From Ruminococcus sp. (GTDB lineage: Bacteria; Bacillota; Clostridia; Oscillospirales; Acutalibacteraceae): a stretch of DNA of 64,000 nucleotides. Of the stretch, positions 39,771-50,189 are shown in pieces (the stretch's first letter is position 1; every line of letters begins with the position of its first letter). Position numbers and translations under genes: made by a program. A model generated the notes under the pieces. The model was not told the origin of the DNA. It saw only the letters and a program-made list of their open reading frames with translations, and did no database searches. The stretch lies in contig JAFUOM010000084.1 of the NCBI GenBank assembly GCA_017481885.1, positions 7,959-71,958 on the forward strand, in the 5' to 3' direction.

Positions 39771-40142
39771 AATTGTCCTCTTAAATGTGAACGGTTTGTT
39801 AATAGCGGTGTATTCTACCGTTTGTAGCTTATTGCCTTTATTTTAACATTCATTTTACAAAAGTCAACGAGAAGTGTAAAGTTTTGGGTTAAAGTGTACA
39901 ACAGTTTTTATCAAATGCCAAAAAGCTTATGGCTTTTATAACCAAATGTTATGTTCGTGTTAAATGATTTGAAACTTCAGAAAACTGTCACATTGTTAAC
40001 AGTTTTTAAACTGTGGCTAAAAAGGTTGAAGTAGCAAAATTCAGGTGCTAGAATGTGCGCAGCGGTTGAGGCGAAAGACAAAAATCTAAAACCTCAGCGG
40101 CAAAATATTCTATATTATTACCCAAAGAGGTAAGGAGTGCCT

Positions 40143-42125
40143 ATGAAAAACAGATTAATCAGAACAGGTGCGGCAATATTGGCAATGGCTACACTTTGTT
40201 CAGCATCAACACTTTCGTCTTTTGCTGCTAGCACAAGTAATACAAGAACAGTGGATTACACGGTGTATTACACTGAAAACGGAGAGGACAAAGGAATAAA
40301 AAGCATTGAGGAAGACGGCGTTCTTTATTATGATGTTGTTAATAATACCAAAACAGACGTTACTACAGATTATTTAAAGAAATATCTGACAACTGAAGTC
40401 GAATATCTGGACCCTGACGGACCAACAGGCAAAATCACACCGCTCACACAGTGGGCAGAAGTAGCAGGCGCTATTTTTGAAAACGGTGGAAAATATACCT
40501 GCACGGATAATTACAGCACTTATTACGGCAAGAATTTCGAAAGCGGTTCAACCGAGAACAACTATGTTGCAGGAAATCTTGCTAATCCAAAAGCTGTATC
40601 AGTAGGTGACAAGAAGTGCGACAGCTATAAAAGCACAGGACTTTCAGTTGCTTCGTCTTTGGAGAATTTGAGATATAAAATGTGCGAAGAGATTTCAAGC
40701 AGTATAAACCGCTATACTTTAGACCCAGAGGATATTCTTAGTCAGGGTGACAACTGTCCGGACGCATTACCGGAGTTTGCAGATGATACTAATCGTGAAA
40801 TCCTCTACAACATCGTCACAGCTATTTCAAGGAACGGTAAAACCTGCAAGTACAAGTACAATTCATACGGTGTTGCATTTTTTGACTTTGACTTAAAAAT
40901 CATTAACGCTAAGGGTGTTGAGTATGTACAGGACCCATCTAGAGCAAAGCAGGATTCAAGCGTAAAGACATCTGTTGTTAATACCATAAAGAACAACGCT
41001 TTATATGACATATCTGCACAGACAACTACAGAAATGTCTAAATCTGAGACAGTTTCGACATCAATCTCAAACAGCGAGAGTTACAGCTTTGCAGAAATGT
41101 TCGGCGGTCACATTGAGTTTGGCAACAAGTTTGTAAAGGGACTTATCGAGAGTTCACTTACAACTACTCAGGCGTACGAATCAGCGAGAACCGACGAAAC
41201 AACAGTTTTAAGCTCTGTTTCACAGTCAGAATCAGTGGATTGCCTTGTTCCGCAACATACAATAGTCAATGTTGAGCAGAGCATTAGCACCGATTCAATG
41301 ACATTAAACTACGACACACCAGTTGCTTTAACCTACAAGGTGGCTGTGTTCTCAATGAGCGGTGATGTATACGCAGACTCAATTGCAACATTAGCTTTAA
41401 GTACAGCAGGTTACTCACAGTCAAACTTCTCAACATTCTTTGGTGGAGATTCTTCAAAGGAAGGCTTTTATGCTTATGATTCTCTTGCGAACAAGGTAGC
41501 AAATGCAAGCACTCCGGGTTGGGATTCAAGCAACGGTAACAACCATTTCTTCTACAAATATCACAACGGTAAATCAGACCAAACAGACAGAAAAGATATG
41601 GACCTTGACTGGACTGGTATCTGCAATACATATAACAATAACAAATCCGCAAAAGACAAAATTGCAGATTTTGCTAACAAGTGTCCTATGCTTCCTGCAG
41701 GAACAACCACAACAGTAACAGTTGAAGCTATTAACACAACTTTGTCAGAGCCTGTCCCGATGTACCTGCCTACATCGTTCAAGGTTACAAGCTCTGATAA
41801 CCCTAGATATTATTGCTTCACAGGTGGTACATTTAACCTCGGTACGATTTCAATCAATGCGTTTGACAGATTCGGTGCTGAGTATTACGACTTCTTGCCA
41901 AGTGACGGTTACTGGAGTGTAAAGGCTGGCTCAGAGGACATTGTTGAATTCGACTCTGCATCTTACTGTGTAAAAGCAAAGAACCCTGGCTCAGCAACTC
42001 TTGTGTGGCAGCTCAAGGACGGCGTTGAGTACACAGCAGAATACGAAAACGGCATAGTAACAAATGCCAACGCAAACCCTGTTGAAATAACAATCACAGT
42101 CAGAGATTACCCTTTAAACAAGTGA
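40143..42125 (+). CDS. Secreted protein with aerolysin/ETX-MTX2-like Ser/Thr-rich beta core
   Basis: Signal peptide; alternating S/T strands around SYSFAEMFGGHIEFGNKFVKGLIES, followed by VPQHT; AGGAG RBS. Confidence 0.55.
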   Translation: MKNRLIRTGAAILAMATLCSASTLSSFAASTSNTRTVDYTVYYTENGEDKGIKSIEEDGVLYYDVVNNTKTDVTTDYLKKYLTTEVEYLDPDGPTGKITPLTQWAEVAGAIFENGGKYTCTDNYSTYYGKNFESGSTENNYVAGNLANPKAVSVGDKKCDSYKSTGLSVASSLENLRYKMCEEISSSINRYTLDPEDILSQGDNCPDALPEFADDTNREILYNIVTAISRNGKTCKYKYNSYGVAFFDFDLKIINAKGVEYVQDPSRAKQDSSVKTSVVNTIKNNALYDISAQTTTEMSKSETVSTSISNSESYSFAEMFGGHIEFGNKFVKGLIESSLTTTQAYESARTDETTVLSSVSQSESVDCLVPQHTIVNVEQSISTDSMTLNYDTPVALTYKVAVFSMSGDVYADSIATLALSTAGYSQSNFSTFFGGDSSKEGFYAYDSLANKVANASTPGWDSSNGNNHFFYKYHNGKSDQTDRKDMDLDWTGICNTYNNNKSAKDKIADFANKCPMLPAGTTTTVTVEAINTTLSEPVPMYLPTSFKVTSSDNPRYYCFTGGTFNLGTISINAFDRFGAEYYDFLPSDGYWSVKAGSEDIVEFDSASYCVKAKNPGSATLVWQLKDGVEYTAEYENGIVTNANANPVEITITVRDYPLNK

Positions 42126-42392
42126 AAATATAGTAAAGTCAAAAGTGTTGCAGTCAGGTTAATTCCTGACTGCAATGCTTTTATATCAGCCGAAATCTTT
42201 TGAAATTAAAATGATTTACAGTATTTGACAATCTTGCTTCAAAACCATTGACAATTGTCTTATTCTAATATATTATTTACTGTGGAGAACGTTAGTTTGC
42301 TCCTATGTTATTAAATTAAATTTGATAACATAATTTCACTTTTGTTGGTAAATTTATTACTATAATACGATTAGAGAAAAGAGGTAAATTTT

Positions 42393-43997
42393 ATGAAAAA
42401 CGTAGATTTAAGCATTTACGGCATCACTGGCGTGAAAGAGATTATCCACAACCCTTCTTACGAAGAGCTCTTCATTGCTGAGACAGACCCTGCGCTCGAA
42501 GGCTTTGAAAAAGGTCAGGAGACAGAGCTTGGTGCTGTTAACGTTATGACAGGTATCTACACAGGTCGTTCACCTAAGGACAAGTTCATCGTTATGGACG
42601 AGAACTCAAAGGACACAGTTTGGTGGACTTCTGACGAGTTCAAGAACGACAACCACCCATGTTCAGAAGAGACTTGGGCTACACTCAAAGACCTTGCTAT
42701 CAAACAGCTTTCTGACAAGAAGCTCTACGTTGTAGACGTTTTCTGCGGTGCTAATGAAGATTCAAGAATGTCAATCCGTTTCATTATGGAAGTTGCTTGG
42801 CAGGCTCACTTTGTAAAGAATATGTTCATCAATCCAAGCGAAGAGGAACTCGAGAACTTCGTTCCTGACTTTGTTTGCTACAATGCTTCAAAGGCTAAAG
42901 TTGAAAACTACAAGGAGCTCGGCTTAAACTCTGAGACAGCTGCTGTATTCAACATCACATCCCGTGAGCAGGTTATCCTTAACACATGGTACGGTGGTGA
43001 GATGAAGAAGGGTATGTTCTCAATGATGAACTACTACCTCCCACTCAAGGGTATGGCTTCAATGCACTGTTCAGCTAACACAGATATGAACGGCGAGAAC
43101 ACAGCACTCTTCTTTGGTCTTTCTGGTACAGGTAAGACAACACTTTCAACAGACCCTAAGCGTCTTCTCATCGGTGACGACGAGCACGGTTGGGACGACA
43201 AGGGTGTGTTCAACTTCGAGGGCGGTTGCTACGCAAAGGTTATCAACCTCGACAAAGAGTCAGAGCCAGACATCTACGCTGCTATCAAGCGTAACGCTCT
43301 TTTAGAGAACGTTACTGTTGACGAAAACGGTGTTTGCGATTTCGACGACGGTTCTGTTACAGAGAACACTCGTGTATCATACCCAATCGACCACATTGAA
43401 AAGATTGTTCGCCCTGTTTCTGCAGCTCCTGATGCTAAGGACGTTATCTTCCTTTCAGCTGATGCTTTCGGCGTACTCCCACCAGTTTCAATTCTTACAC
43501 CTGAGCAGGCTCAGTACTACTTCCTCTCAGGCTTCACATCAAAGCTCGCTGGTACAGAGCGTGGCATTACAGAGCCAACTCCAACATTCTCAGCTTGCTT
43601 CGGTCAGGCTTTCTTAGAGCTTCACCCAACAAAGTATGCTGAAGAGCTTGTTAAGAAGATGGAAAAAGTTGGTGCTAAGGCTTACCTCGTAAACACAGGT
43701 TGGAACGGCACAGGCAAGCGTATTTCTATCAAGGATACACGTGGTATCATCGACGCTATCCTCGATGGCTCAATCCTCAAGGCTGATACTAAGACAATTC
43801 CTTACTTCAACCTCGAGGTTCCTACATCACTTCCAGGTGTAGACCCTGCAATCCTTGACCCACGTGACACATACGAAGATGCTGCACAGTGGGAAGAAAA
43901 GGCAAAAGACCTCGCATCACGTTTTGTTAAGAACTTTGACAAGTACACAGGCAACGAAGCTGGTAAGGCTTTAGTTGAGGCAGGTCCAAAGCTCTAA
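42393..43997 (+). CDS. pckA: Phosphoenolpyruvate carboxykinase (ATP)
   Basis: [42 protein letters not shown]; highly biased codons. Confidence 0.97.
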   Translation: MKNVDLSIYGITGVKEIIHNPSYEELFIAETDPALEGFEKGQETELGAVNVMTGIYTGRSPKDKFIVMDENSKDTVWWTSDEFKNDNHPCSEETWATLKDLAIKQLSDKKLYVVDVFCGANEDSRMSIRFIMEVAWQAHFVKNMFINPSEEELENFVPDFVCYNASKAKVENYKELGLNSETAAVFNITSREQVILNTWYGGEMKKGMFSMMNYYLPLKGMASMHCSANTDMNGENTALFFGLSGTGKTTLSTDPKRLLIGDDEHGWDDKGVFNFEGGCYAKVINLDKESEPDIYAAIKRNALLENVTVDENGVCDFDDGSVTENTRVSYPIDHIEKIVRPVSAAPDAKDVIFLSADAFGVLPPVSILTPEQAQYYFLSGFTSKLAGTERGITEPTPTFSACFGQAFLELHPTKYAEELVKKMEKVGAKAYLVNTGWNGTGKRISIKDTRGIIDAILDGSILKADTKTIPYFNLEVPTSLPGVDPAILDPRDTYEDAAQWEEKAKDLASRFVKNFDKYTGNEAGKALVEAGPKL

Positions 43998-44029
43998 TCT
44001 TTGCAATCAATATAGTATAATATTTAATT

Positions 44030-44062
44030 CAGCGACAGTGGTTTTCACTGTCGCTGTTTTTT
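44030..44062 (+). terminator. Intrinsic terminator after pckA
   Basis: cagcgacagtggttttcactgtcgctgtttttt. Confidence 0.8.
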
Positions 44063-44222
44063 GTTTCTTCTTGCCATATATTACTGGATGTTATAAAATG
44101 AATATGTGATTTGATTAAGTTTTATTATAAAAATAACATAGACAAAAAATCTGCGATATCGGTGGTATCATAAAGCCACGGTTCTTGTTACTTATCGCAG
44201 AGGTCAAAACAGAGGTGCAGTT

Positions 44223-45398
44223 ATGAAGTATAAAAATGCGAGCGATGTGTTGCCAAACGATTTGGTGGAAGAACTTCAAAAGTATGTTCAGGGAGAGTTT
44301 TTGTACATTCCAATAAAAGAAAGGAAAAAGCACAAGGCTGTCACTGAGTATAAAATTGAGCTTGAAAAACGAAACAACAGACTTTACAAAATGCACCTCG
44401 AGGGAATGAGCAATGAGCAGTTGGCTAAAAATTTTAGCCTTGCTCAGTCTAGCGTGCGCAGAATAATTGTCAGTCAAAGAAGGCGATTTGAAGTTATGAG
44501 CGAAATAATAAAAAGCCTGCTGCCTTGTTGGAACTTGCAAAACGAAAAAGCAAAGCAGATATACGGCACAGTGTGGCAGATAGGCGAGGACTACGTCTTG
44601 AAAACTTACAGCGATATAAAGTCGCTGAAAAGAAACATATTGATAAACAGCCACCTCGAAAGTATGGGCATACCTGTTACCAAGGTGCTCAGTACCACAG
44701 ACGGTAAGCTGTTCGTCGAAAAAGAAAACCAGTTTTTCTTTGTTTCAACAAAGCTTTCGGGTAGTAACATAGTCAACCTGAAATTCAGCAGTAAAATAGC
44801 TTTGACAATGGGCGAAATAATTGCAAAACTGCACATAGCCTTTGACAGCCTCGAAGATAAATTGGAGCTGTGGGACAACAGTTTTCTCGATGAAATGAAC
44901 GGCTGGGTCAAAGACAGCTTTGAAAAAAGCGGTTGGCAGAATATAGAAAAAGTCGAATACGAACAGGTTGTAAATAATCTTGAAAAATCCTACGACAAGC
45001 TGCCTGTGGGACTTATCCACCGAGATGTGCACTTTGGCAATTTTTTGTTTAATAATGGGGAGTTCAGCGGTTACATTGACTTCGATTTAAGCCAGAAAAA
45101 CATCAGGATTTTTGACTTGTGCTACTTTGTGCTGTCGGTTTTGTCGGAGCAGGAAAAGTTTCAGATAGAAAGAGAAAAGTGGTTTGACTTTGTAAAAAAT
45201 GTTTTTGCAGGCTACAACAAAATTCTGCCGTTAAAGCTTATCGAAAAAGAGTCCGCTGTATATGTTATGGAGTGCATAGAGCTGTTGTTTTTAGCATTTT
45301 TTGATGGTCAACAAGACGTTACTCTTGCAAAAAGTACATATGCAGTTTTCGAGTTTATCAAGTCAAACGAGAGAAGAATTACAAAAGCAATAAGCTAA
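44223..45398 (+). CDS. CD3324/Mor-like HTH domain fused to an APH/homoserine kinase II-like phosphotransferase
   Basis: N-terminal MKYKNA..VLP..LV.ELQKYVQG..LYIP; C-terminal IHRDVHFGN and IDFD. Confidence 0.8.
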   Translation: MKYKNASDVLPNDLVEELQKYVQGEFLYIPIKERKKHKAVTEYKIELEKRNNRLYKMHLEGMSNEQLAKNFSLAQSSVRRIIVSQRRRFEVMSEIIKSLLPCWNLQNEKAKQIYGTVWQIGEDYVLKTYSDIKSLKRNILINSHLESMGIPVTKVLSTTDGKLFVEKENQFFFVSTKLSGSNIVNLKFSSKIALTMGEIIAKLHIAFDSLEDKLELWDNSFLDEMNGWVKDSFEKSGWQNIEKVEYEQVVNNLEKSYDKLPVGLIHRDVHFGNFLFNNGEFSGYIDFDLSQKNIRIFDLCYFVLSVLSEQEKFQIEREKWFDFVKNVFAGYNKILPLKLIEKESAVYVMECIELLFLAFFDGQQDVTLAKSTYAVFEFIKSNERRITKAIS

Positions 45399-45442
45399 CA
45401 CAGCGGGCGTCTTGGGTGCTCAGAATAAGAGGAGGATGAATA

Positions 45443-46288
45443 ATGTTAAAAATAACAGACACTTATGATTTGTTTGAAATTTACAAATTTCAGAAAAGCT
45501 TTGTAACACCATACTTTTACGATGTTGATTTTGAAAGCTTTAAAAACAGCTTTCTTGATGATATCGACGGCGAAGGCAGAGTGTTGTTCAAGGAACTGAA
45601 CACAAAAGCTGTTTACGATGATGACACACTGCTAGGCTTTGTCCAGTACGGCAAAACTGCCTTTGGCTTTGCAGATAACGGCGAGATATCTAGCGAGATT
45701 TCATATCCTGTAATCCGCAATTTCTACTTCAAAGAGGGCAGGGATGATGCCGGCAAAATGCTTTTAAGCGAGGCTGTGAAAAGCTTAGGGACAAACGAGA
45801 GGGTATATGCGTTTTTCCATTATTTTGGAATGACTTGCTTTGCCCGTCACGGAAAGCTTTTCGAAAAGCACAGTAATATTGAGGCTTTGCTAAAAGAAAA
45901 CGGATTTGTAATTGAGCACGAAAATGTGTATTATTCATCAGTTTTGAGTGGTGTTGAAAGCTCAGACGTCACAATTAACGCAAATGATTTGACCGCAGGC
46001 AAGCACCAGTACATCGACTTCAAACTTCAGGACAATCAGGTTGGCGGTTGCGAAGTGCACTATCTTGATGAAACCACAGCGTTTTTGCGTTGGATTTACG
46101 TTAATGGTGACATAGTCGGCAAGGGCATCGGCACAAAATGTATGAGCGCACTAAGGAGCTTTCTTTTTGAAAAAGGTATCAAGAGATTTGACACTGACAC
46201 AGCTCTTGATAACACAGTTGCTCAGCACTATTACGAAAAGAACAACTTCACCCGTGAGGGCATCACAAAAAGCTATTATACAAAGTGA
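45443..46288 (+). CDS. GNAT family N-acetyltransferase (two-domain)
   Basis: IYV....GKGIG, N.VAQHYYEKNNF. Confidence 0.82.
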   Translation: MLKITDTYDLFEIYKFQKSFVTPYFYDVDFESFKNSFLDDIDGEGRVLFKELNTKAVYDDDTLLGFVQYGKTAFGFADNGEISSEISYPVIRNFYFKEGRDDAGKMLLSEAVKSLGTNERVYAFFHYFGMTCFARHGKLFEKHSNIEALLKENGFVIEHENVYYSSVLSGVESSDVTINANDLTAGKHQYIDFKLQDNQVGGCEVHYLDETTAFLRWIYVNGDIVGKGIGTKCMSALRSFLFEKGIKRFDTDTALDNTVAQHYYEKNNFTREGITKSYYTK

Positions 46289-46298
46289 ATATAAGCAC

Positions 46299-46346
46299 AA
46301 AAAAAGCGTTGCATATCAGGTTTTACCCCTTATGCAACGCTTGTTT
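46299..46346. repeat. AAGCGTTGC hairpin repeat, copy A (also terminator-like)
   Basis: aaaaaagcgttgcata...tatgcaacgcttgttt. Confidence 0.8.
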
Positions 46347-46360
46347 ATATATGCTAAATA

Positions 46361-46810
46361 TTATTTTTTGTAAACAATCAGTTTTCTTGCTATGTAATTC
46401 CACGCCAGTACTACAACAGTAGCTATAGCCTTTGCAATCATATAGTGCATACTGCTGAAGCTTGTGAAAAAGTATAGTATCAGCTCGGTTATGCCAAGAC
46501 CAATTACTCCGATTATAGCGTAGCTTACAAACTCCATTATAGCGTTTACTCTGGCATCGTTTGCTTTGAATACAAGAAGCTTTGACAGAAAAAAGTTTGT
46601 AATCAAGCCTGCAACAAAGGCGATTATCGCAGAAACAAGATAATGGATGTGAGCAAAATCTGTAAGTACGAACAAAAAACCCCAGTCAACAATTGTGGCA
46701 ATTCCGCCGACAAATATATATCTGAAGAACTGCAAAAAACCGTTTTTGGTCGGTGTTATGAACAGACCTTTTAAATCGAATTTTTTAAGTAATTCAAAAA
46801 ACTCTTTCAT
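46361..46810 (-). CDS. GtrA family lipid-linked sugar translocase
   Basis: QFFRYIFVGGIATIVD...NF.LS...VF...AK..A...V..WNY. Confidence 0.9.
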   Translation of the reverse strand: MKEFFELLKKFDLKGLFITPTKNGFLQFFRYIFVGGIATIVDWGFLFVLTDFAHIHYLVSAIIAFVAGLITNFFLSKLLVFKANDARVNAIMEFVSYAIIGVIGLGITELILYFFTSFSSMHYMIAKAIATVVVLAWNYIARKLIVYKK

Positions 46811-46812
46811 AC

Positions 46813-48372
46813 TCAGTTCTCCTGCTTTGCTTCGTGATACTCTTTCTCGGTGTTAACATTCCAGATGTTGTCCTTGTTTGTTTCACCCGAAAGAATATTT
46901 CTGACAGTTTCAAAAGAAGTGCACATACTGTGGTCGATATTGTTGTATCTGTGCTGGCCGTTACGTCCGATACAGAACAGGTTAGGGATAGTGTTAAGGT
47001 AATCTCTCAAATCGTCCATATGGTCATATGTATCAAAGTATGCAGGGTAAGCTTTCTTAACACGCTCAACGTGTGAGTCTAAAACTTCGTTTACATCACT
47101 AATCAAGCCCATAGTTACCATTTCTTTGATAGCCATCTTAGCAAAGTCGTTATCTGTCATTGACCACATATCGTCGCCTTCGTTACAGAAGTACTCAAGA
47201 CCAATCCAGATGTTATTATTAATGTCCTTAACCATATATGGTGACCAGTTGTTGTAAATCTGGAAACGACCCATTTTGACGTTTCTGTCGTGTACATAAA
47301 CCCAGTTGTCAGGAACAATGTTGCCGATAGTCTTTGTCTTAGTCTCGTTTTTGAGGTTAAGTCTTGGGATAAGCACACCGACTGTCATATAGTCACGGTA
47401 AGGCAGACCCTCTGCAATTTTTGTGTACTGCTCAGGAACATCGTTCATACCCATAACTAAATCCTTAACAGGCATAGATGAGATAACGTAGTCGCCGTTG
47501 AGTGTAACCTGCTCGCCGTCCTTTTCGTAAACAAGACCTGTCATAACGTTGTCAGCGTCTTTGATAACGTTAACAACCTTAGCGTTCTTGATGATTTTGC
47601 CACCCTTTTTCTCAAATTCTGCAGCAGTGAGCTCCCACAACTGACCAGGGCCGAGCTTTGGATAAGCAAATTCTTCGATAAGTGAGGTTTCTACCTTACG
47701 GTTTTTCTTGTTGAAGATTTTGCCGAAGATGTCTTTTAAAACAGCTTTGATAGAAAGACCCTTTACACGCTGAGCACCCCATTCAGGAGAAATCTCGCTT
47801 GGGTGTCTGCCCCAAAGATTTTCGGTGTAGTTCTCAAAGAACATAGAGTAGAGCTTTTTACCAAAACGGTTGATGTAGAAGTCTTCCAGTGAATTCTCTT
47901 TACGCTTATGGAAAATAGTTTTTAAGTAGCTGAAACCAACAACGATAGTAGTGCCAAAGCCCATATTTTTGATTGTTTCAAATTTAAGTGAAACAGGGTA
48001 GTCGAAAAACTTTGAATTGAAAAAGATTCTTGACAATCTGTTACGTCTAAGCATTACTCTGTCGGTTTTTTCCGGGTCAGGACCGCCCTGTACAGTTGTT
48101 GATGTTCTGTCAAGAACGATATCATCATATGGCAGAGCACCCTGAGTAGGGAGCATCTTTTCCCACCACTGATTAACTTCCGGCACCTTGGAGAAGAAGC
48201 GGTGACCGCCCATATCCATACGATTGCCTTTATAGTTTACTGTTCTGGAAATACCGCCGAAGCAGTCGCTTTCCTCAAGCACAATAACTTCATATTCATT
48301 TGATTTATCGAGCAGCTCGTAAGCAGCTGTTAAACCGGCAGGACCTGCGCCGATAATTAAAACTCTTTTCAT
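46813..48372 (-). CDS. FAD-dependent oxidoreductase (UDP-galactopyranose mutase/protoporphyrinogen oxidase-like superfamily)
   Basis: [37 protein letters not shown]; co-transcribed with GtrA. Confidence 0.85.
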   Translation of the reverse strand: MKRVLIIGAGPAGLTAAYELLDKSNEYEVIVLEESDCFGGISRTVNYKGNRMDMGGHRFFSKVPEVNQWWEKMLPTQGALPYDDIVLDRTSTTVQGGPDPEKTDRVMLRRNRLSRIFFNSKFFDYPVSLKFETIKNMGFGTTIVVGFSYLKTIFHKRKENSLEDFYINRFGKKLYSMFFENYTENLWGRHPSEISPEWGAQRVKGLSIKAVLKDIFGKIFNKKNRKVETSLIEEFAYPKLGPGQLWELTAAEFEKKGGKIIKNAKVVNVIKDADNVMTGLVYEKDGEQVTLNGDYVISSMPVKDLVMGMNDVPEQYTKIAEGLPYRDYMTVGVLIPRLNLKNETKTKTIGNIVPDNWVYVHDRNVKMGRFQIYNNWSPYMVKDINNNIWIGLEYFCNEGDDMWSMTDNDFAKMAIKEMVTMGLISDVNEVLDSHVERVKKAYPAYFDTYDHMDDLRDYLNTIPNLFCIGRNGQHRYNNIDHSMCTSFETVRNILSGETNKDNIWNVNTEKEYHEAKQEN

Positions 48373-48527
48373 TTTTGCCCTCCAAAAAGTAATTGTCTGA
48401 TTGATAATCTTTATTAATCAACTGTATGAACATTAATTTCCATTATTAAGTATATATCAATAAATCTACATAATCAACACTTTTTTTGCATTTTTCGTGT
48501 CACTGTAACTGTATTGTAAAACTTCGG

Positions 48528-49181
48528 TTATTCTTTCCAAACAAAGTTGTAGTTTATGGATTCGCCACCATCTACCAAAATACTCTGTCCGGTGCAAAAT
48601 TTGTTTGTAACTGTAAGAAAATACGCCCACTGTGCAATTTCTTCTGCGGTTGCCCATCTTTTTAACGGAGTTTCGTTCATAATCTGAGCCCACAGCTTTT
48701 CATCATTGATTACGCAATCATTAAGAGGTGTTATAACCCCGCCGGGGTCAAGACTGTTGCAAGTAGCATTAAAAGGTGCAACACGCAAAGCAACGTTTTT
48801 GGTGTAAGCCAAAATTCCCGCTTTGCTTGCACAGTATTCAGGGAATTCCGCACCAGTATGTGCACTTGCTGAGCCGATGTTCAAAATCGAGTGAATATCC
48901 TCTTGAACACCATATTTTTCAGTGATGTGTATGAGTGCCTTTAGATTAATGTCGATATCCTGCTCGTTCTGTGTGCCAGCGTTGTTAATCAGTATGTTAA
49001 CACCCGTAAGTTCAGGCAGTTTGTCGTAATCCCTTATGTCGCATTTGTAGTGGGTGTAGTTGTCGTCAGCAATGCTAGCGTTCTGTCTGTCAATACCGAT
49101 TACTGTGTGGTTTTCTTCTAAAAACAGCTTTGCAATAGCTTTGCCGATACCCTGTGAAGTTCCTGTTACTAAAACTTTCAT
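48528..49181 (-). CDS. Classical SDR oxidoreductase in the preQ1-regulated operon
   Basis: TGTSQGIG, Asp after beta2 (NAD-type), NNAG, Ser and YCASK, VDGG; 4-nt overlap with VUT gene. Confidence 0.9.
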   Translation of the reverse strand: MKVLVTGTSQGIGKAIAKLFLEENHTVIGIDRQNASIADDNYTHYKCDIRDYDKLPELTGVNILINNAGTQNEQDIDINLKALIHITEKYGVQEDIHSILNIGSASAHTGAEFPEYCASKAGILAYTKNVALRVAPFNATCNSLDPGGVITPLNDCVINDEKLWAQIMNETPLKRWATAEEIAQWAYFLTVTNKFCTGQSILVDGGESINYNFVWKE

Positions 49182-49927
49182 ACCTTACCTCCGTTAATAA
49201 ACTCGAGATATTGCTCTCCAACCCTTTGTTTTTTCCATTTCTGTATGATTGAATATCCGATTGGAGAAAAGATAATTTCCATAATAAGTTCTGCAACCGC
49301 ACCGGTCAGCGCACACATTGAGCACTGCAAAAACGACCAGCAAAAACCGTCCCAGTATATCGGTGCAAACAGCATAAAGACAATCACCGAGAAAATCAGA
49401 TTGTCCAGAAACTGGCCTATAAAGGTTGAGATGTAGCACTGTGTAATATATGCCAGCTTGCCGTCAGGATTGCTGACAAACGCTTTGCCTATAAGCCAGT
49501 TCAAAAAGTTGTTAATCAAAGCTGATATCAAAAAGGCGATTGTACTGCCAAGCAAAATAAACCACGTTCCACCTAAAATAGAGTTAAGTGCAGTGTAATC
49601 ATTTGCGTTTGATGGAATTATGCTCGCAATATAAAAAATCATACAGGTCAGCAGGTTTATACCGCAAGCAAGCAGTGCAACCTTGTTCGATGCCTTCGGA
49701 CCAAAATACTTCGTAATAATGTCCATACACATAAAAGACAGCCAGGATATTAAAATTCCGCCGTCAAGTGCGATAATCTCGGTTTGCACAAGAGTTTTGT
49801 TTGCAAGCAGGTTCATACAAATGACGCTCACAACAAACAGCGATACAACCGTTGAGGGGATACTTCGAAATAAGAGCGTAGTTTCATCGTGTTCTCTCTT
49901 AATCAAACTTTTAAAATCTGTTTTCAT
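49178..49927 (-). CDS. VUT/YhhQ (COG1738) queuosine precursor transporter
   Basis: NLLANK, DII...FG, STIAF, ST..GQFLDN..F motifs; preQ1 riboswitch upstream; start MKTDFK with AGGTG RBS. Confidence 0.85.
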   Translation of the reverse strand: MKTDFKSLIKREHDETTLLFRSIPSTVVSLFVVSVICMNLLANKTLVQTEIIALDGGILISWLSFMCMDIITKYFGPKASNKVALLACGINLLTCMIFYIASIIPSNANDYTALNSILGGTWFILLGSTIAFLISALINNFLNWLIGKAFVSNPDGKLAYITQCYISTFIGQFLDNLIFSVIVFMLFAPIYWDGFCWSFLQCSMCALTGAVAELIMEIIFSPIGYSIIQKWKKQRVGEQYLEFINGGKV

Positions 49928-49955
49928 TTTATCACCTGAAAAGAAAGTGTTATAC

Positions 49956-49991
49956 AAAAAATAAAGTGGCTGAGCAAAACGCAAAGCCACT
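49956..49991 (-). terminator. Riboswitch expression-platform terminator
   Basis: Minus strand agtggct-ttgcgttttgctc-agccact-ttatttttt. Confidence 0.7.
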
Positions 49992-50018
49992 AATCATTAC
50001 AATATTTATGAATAGCAG

Positions 50019-50061
50019 TCCTGGTTTTGTTTAATGACAGGATGGTACAAGCGAACTGTCA
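50019..50061 (-). ncRNA. preQ1 class I riboswitch
   Basis: UGACAG-UUCGCUUGUACCAUC-CUGUCA-UUAAACAAAAC-CAGG: P1 stem, UUCG/CCAUC loop, A-rich tail, CUUG/CAGG pseudoknot; starts just after an extended -10 (TGATATAAT, 50070-50078). Confidence 0.85.
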
Positions 50062-50189
50062 GCAAAGTAATTATATCAAATTATCGCAAAAAAACAAGTG
50101 GTTTGTACATCTGATATTGCTATGATTTTATTTGATGTGATATAATTATCCCGACAAAATGAATTTGACGATGCAAAGGAGGAAATATT

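Noticed and set aside
40055-40105. c-di-GMP riboswitch upstream of the aerolysin-like gene
   Set aside because: Only a tgagg/cctca stem; GEMM consensus elements are missing
42320-42365. Rex operators upstream of pckA (and near 6990 for hppA)
   Set aside because: Too many mismatches to consensus in AT-rich DNA
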